A stretch of DNA of 20,000 nt from an uncultured virus (IMG/VR IMGVR_UViG_3300005265_000028) (lineage: Duplodnaviria > Heunggongvirae > Uroviricota > Caudoviricetes): IMG/VR virus record IMGVR_UViG_3300005265_000028. One strand, 5' to 3'. This document shows, in pieces, positions 17,627-20,000 of this stretch. The stretch's first letter is position 1. Each line of letters opens with the position of its first letter. The notes beneath the pieces were generated by a model, which had not been told where the DNA came from, did no database searches, and saw only the letters and a program-made list of their open reading frames with translations. The position numbers were made by a program, and so were the translations under genes.

Positions 17627-18238
17627 TCAACACAAATTGCTGACTTTATAATCAAGCATTGCGTCTATCTCATCTATCAAGTGGTCAACATTTATATCAT
17701 TCCATAATATCTCACGTAAAGTGTACCACTCAAGGTTATCTATTAACTCATATAATAAATCGTCCCTATCGAATTCCTCCTTAAACTTCTCCCGTTCTTC
17801 CTGTTTTGGTTTATAAGCACATAACAGATGTTCAGTAATATAAGCAACAGAATCTTCACAAATGCAATCTATTAACGTATCTATATCAAACTTCAGTTTC
17901 ACGTATAGTAATGAATCGATATTATCATTTAACCAGCCAGTATATACTCTGTAACAATCTGCAATTTCGTACAAACAATCGAAATCCACTATAATAGGCT
18001 TGCAGTCTATCACAGCTTCTTTTATATCGTTCTTAAAGAACTCGCTGTGTAATACGTTATTCTCTTTTATCTTGCGTCTAATGAAAGCACGCGCATAACT
18101 GCGTGCTTCAGCTTCTGTGATACCCAGCTCAGCTGGAGTTACACATTCGTCATGCCCAGAAACTTCAAGCGTAGAGATAAGCTCATAATCTTCGTTTAGA
18201 ACATAATGCTTCTTAAATGGCAATTTTATGTATCTCAT
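17627..18238 (-). CDS. Acidic hypothetical protein
   Basis: AAAGGTGG upstream; 203 aa, D/E-rich C-terminal half. Confidence 0.75.
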   Translation of the reverse strand: MRYIKLPFKKHYVLNEDYELISTLEVSGHDECVTPAELGITEAEARSYARAFIRRKIKENNVLHSEFFKNDIKEAVIDCKPIIVDFDCLYEIADCYRVYTGWLNDNIDSLLYVKLKFDIDTLIDCICEDSVAYITEHLLCAYKPKQEEREKFKEEFDRDDLLYELIDNLEWYTLREILWNDINVDHLIDEIDAMLDYKVSNLC

Positions 18239-18261
18239 TCCTATCCCACCTTTCCTGACAA

Positions 18262-18627
18262 TTAAGCTAAAATCTTGTCTAACAAATATTCTACACGTTC
18301 TCTGACGTACTCGTTAGATGCAATCGTTAATAAACGCCACATATCGGTTACACAATCCTTTTGTTCTCCTTCTAATACTTCGTTGCAATAATCAATTGAT
18401 GTTCTACAGTTATTCAACCATTCGAACAGCTGATAAAAATATGGCATTGAGCCATAACAAAATAATTCGTCAAAGTTTCTTTCTATGAATTCTTTTAGCT
18501 TTCCCTTTGTTTCGAAATTGTTGTTATATGTTATACCAATTAATATATCGATTAATGTTTCATCATTGCATACAAAATTCTGGTCGCTTGGAATGCTAAA
18601 CATTCTCTTCTCCAACTTTATTGACAT
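18262..18627 (-). CDS. Paralogue of 17204-17578 (possibly Ocr-like)
   Basis: QNFVCND, MPYFYQLFEWLNNC, YCNEVLE, MWRLLTIA. Confidence 0.6.
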   Translation of the reverse strand: MSIKLEKRMFSIPSDQNFVCNDETLIDILIGITYNNNFETKGKLKEFIERNFDELFCYGSMPYFYQLFEWLNNCRTSIDYCNEVLEGEQKDCVTDMWRLLTIASNEYVRERVEYLLDKILA

Positions 18628-19274
18628 AACTTTTTCCTTTCAATTAATACATCGATATAGTTATCAAGCGGATACTGAAAATAGTTCTGTTCTATTATAT
18701 GTAACGCTTCTTCTGGCGACATGCCAGAATTATCGACAAGATTATCAACCAATACGTTACACATATCGTAACCGAACGTTATCATATCAGCTGATATGTC
18801 AGTGATGTCACCATCAAATACACCGTCGTTCAACGGGTTCTCTGACGATATGTAATCGATTATTTTCACCAGTTCGTTCAGCTGACCATATATATCGTTG
18901 CTCTTGAACGGGAACTTCCGGTCGTTTAATTCTTCTATCAGCTGAATCAACTCTTCGGTCATCCAGTAGCCTATATCGCTACTGTTACCAGGGTGTGAAC
19001 CAAAATACACGCCGGGTGGCGCTAGATATGAAAGAATATCAGTCAATTCGTCTAACGTTTCCGTATCGTTATCACCCTCTTGATACCATGCGAGCGTGTC
19101 TTCCATGTCGTAGAGCAATTCTTCGTAGTCCCGTTCGTTGAAGTTAGCACATATTAACTTCAACAATCGTTTATTCGATATGAAATCTTTGAATACATTA
19201 ATCAAGTATTTAATATCTAATGTATTTTCGCTTATAGGACCCAAATGTTCATATTTTATATACATTCGTATCAT
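18618..19274 (-). CDS. Acidic phage hypothetical protein with APPGVYFGSHPGNSSDIGYW motif
   Basis: AGGAG upstream; motif resembles a pattern I recall from uncharacterised phage proteins (AP.G.YFG.HPG...D.G.W). Confidence 0.7.
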   Translation of the reverse strand: MIRMYIKYEHLGPISENTLDIKYLINVFKDFISNKRLLKLICANFNERDYEELLYDMEDTLAWYQEGDNDTETLDELTDILSYLAPPGVYFGSHPGNSSDIGYWMTEELIQLIEELNDRKFPFKSNDIYGQLNELVKIIDYISSENPLNDGVFDGDITDISADMITFGYDMCNVLVDNLVDNSGMSPEEALHIIEQNYFQYPLDNYIDVLIERKKLCQ

Positions 19275-19326
19275 CTCCTATCAAAATAGAATATATAGTT
19301 TTGTTCGCCTTTTATCATATTATCAT

Positions 19327-20000
19327 CTACCAGACTAGATGTTTCATAACTTCATACATTTCTTCGTTAACTTTATTTTCTATATGCTGCATTAATGTTA
19401 TGTCACAGTCTAATACAGGTATATTCTTTGATAATAAATATTTCATGCAATCGATTTCTACAGGAGTATCGATTATATGATCGGCAGATAATAAATCGTT
19501 AGATATATCCATTCTGAAATGTAAACATTTACCAGGCGGTTCGTGTTTGTAATAGAATGATATATCATGATCTTCGTTTATAACCAGTTTATAATCGTTT
19601 ATATCAAAGCCAGTCGGTTTGTAATTAATCATATTTTCGTTAGCTAAATAGTCTGCCACATCGACTAGTGCCGCCATATAATAGTTGTGATCAGTACGTT
19701 TATCGTTCTCAGCGGTTATCTGCCATTTCGATTCGGTAAATACTTTTGCTCTAATGAATATTGTCTTGGGATTATATTTCCCACGTTCCACGACATTTAC
19801 TTTGAAATAATATTCGTTAGCTGGCGTGTCCATTATTTTACCAAACGTATCAGTCGATATCTTTTCCAGTCGAGCTTCTACAGGTCGTTTAGGCACAACT
19901 TTTCTTAATGCTTCAACTTGTTCGAGTGAATCTATATGGATCGAAGATAACGCGTTGTTCTTCTTAACCAAGAAGTAAAGAATTTCGTCACTATTATGTA
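19327..20000 (-). CDS. Hypothetical protein, probably 5'-truncated by the window edge
   Basis: The frame stays open upstream of the TTG at 19971 to position 20000, and there is no Shine-Dalgarno before it. Confidence 0.65.
   Translation of the reverse strand, partial: HNSDEILYFLVKKNNALSSIHIDSLEQVEALRKVVPKRPVEARLEKISTDTFGKIMDTPANEYYFKVNVVERGKYNPKTIFIRAKVFTESKWQITAENDKRTDHNYYMAALVDVADYLANENMINYKPTGFDINDYKLVINEDHDISFYYKHEPPGKCLHFRMDISNDLLSADHIIDTPVEIDCMKYLLSKNIPVLDCDITLMQHIENKVNEEMYEVMKHLVW

Larger units (their letters stand above)
101..18945. repeat. Dispersed highly iterated palindrome (T)CAGCTG(A)
   Basis: Hand count of about 49 CAGCTG, of which about 27 are TCAGCTGA, almost all inside CDSs. 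Confidence 0.9.

Noticed and set aside
17590..17630. Sigma70-type promoter (TTGACA at 17630-17625)
   Set aside because: No -10 hexamer at 16-18 bp spacing, and TTGACA overlaps a TGA stop codon.
101..18945. CAGCTG repeats as a CRISPR array or tandem repeat
   Set aside because: Irregular spacing, a core of only 6-8 bp, and location inside CDSs.
101..18945. Simple Vsr-type repair as the cause of CAGCTG excess
   Set aside because: That model predicts depletion of CAGTTG/CAACTG, but I saw more than a dozen of these, so they do not look depleted. Not formally tested.
259..19908. All plus-strand ORFs in the track, including 12513-13244 (243 aa)
   Set aside because: They lie antisense to well-supported minus-strand genes and show no recognisable motifs; treated as shadow ORFs.
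1..20000. Stop-codon reassignment
   Set aside because: TAA, TAG and TGA all terminate genes at sensible positions, and coding density is high with the standard code.

Overview
All credible genes lie on the minus strand and are densely packed, with AGGAGG-type ribosome-binding sites. There are no tRNA, rRNA, CRISPR or virion genes. This looks like part of an AT-rich dsDNA bacteriophage (or prophage) genome. About 1-12.6 kb is a replication and nucleotide-metabolism module: Rad52/Sak-like annealase, DnaE (Pol III alpha) split across two frames, CHC2-Toprim primase, family-4 UDG, SSB, deoxynucleoside kinase, M.NlaIII-like adenine methyltransferase, dUTPase, a degenerate C5-cytosine methyltransferase homologue, thymidylate kinase and dCMP deaminase. 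About 12.7-20 kb holds an HNH gene and a run of small, often acidic, early-type genes, including paralogous families, possible Ocr-like DNA mimics and a beta-clamp-like protein. Three signals stand out. (1) The palindrome CAGCTG occurs about 49 times and TCAGCTGA about 27 times (hand counts), inside coding sequence and in several frames, reminiscent of HIP1. (2) The C5 methyltransferase ORF is intact but its catalytic motifs are lost. (3) At the dnaE junction one 13-bp word reads both YGFN and LMASI in two frames, and the conserved ~24-aa segment between them is missing. All assignments come from motif recognition by eye; no searches were run.
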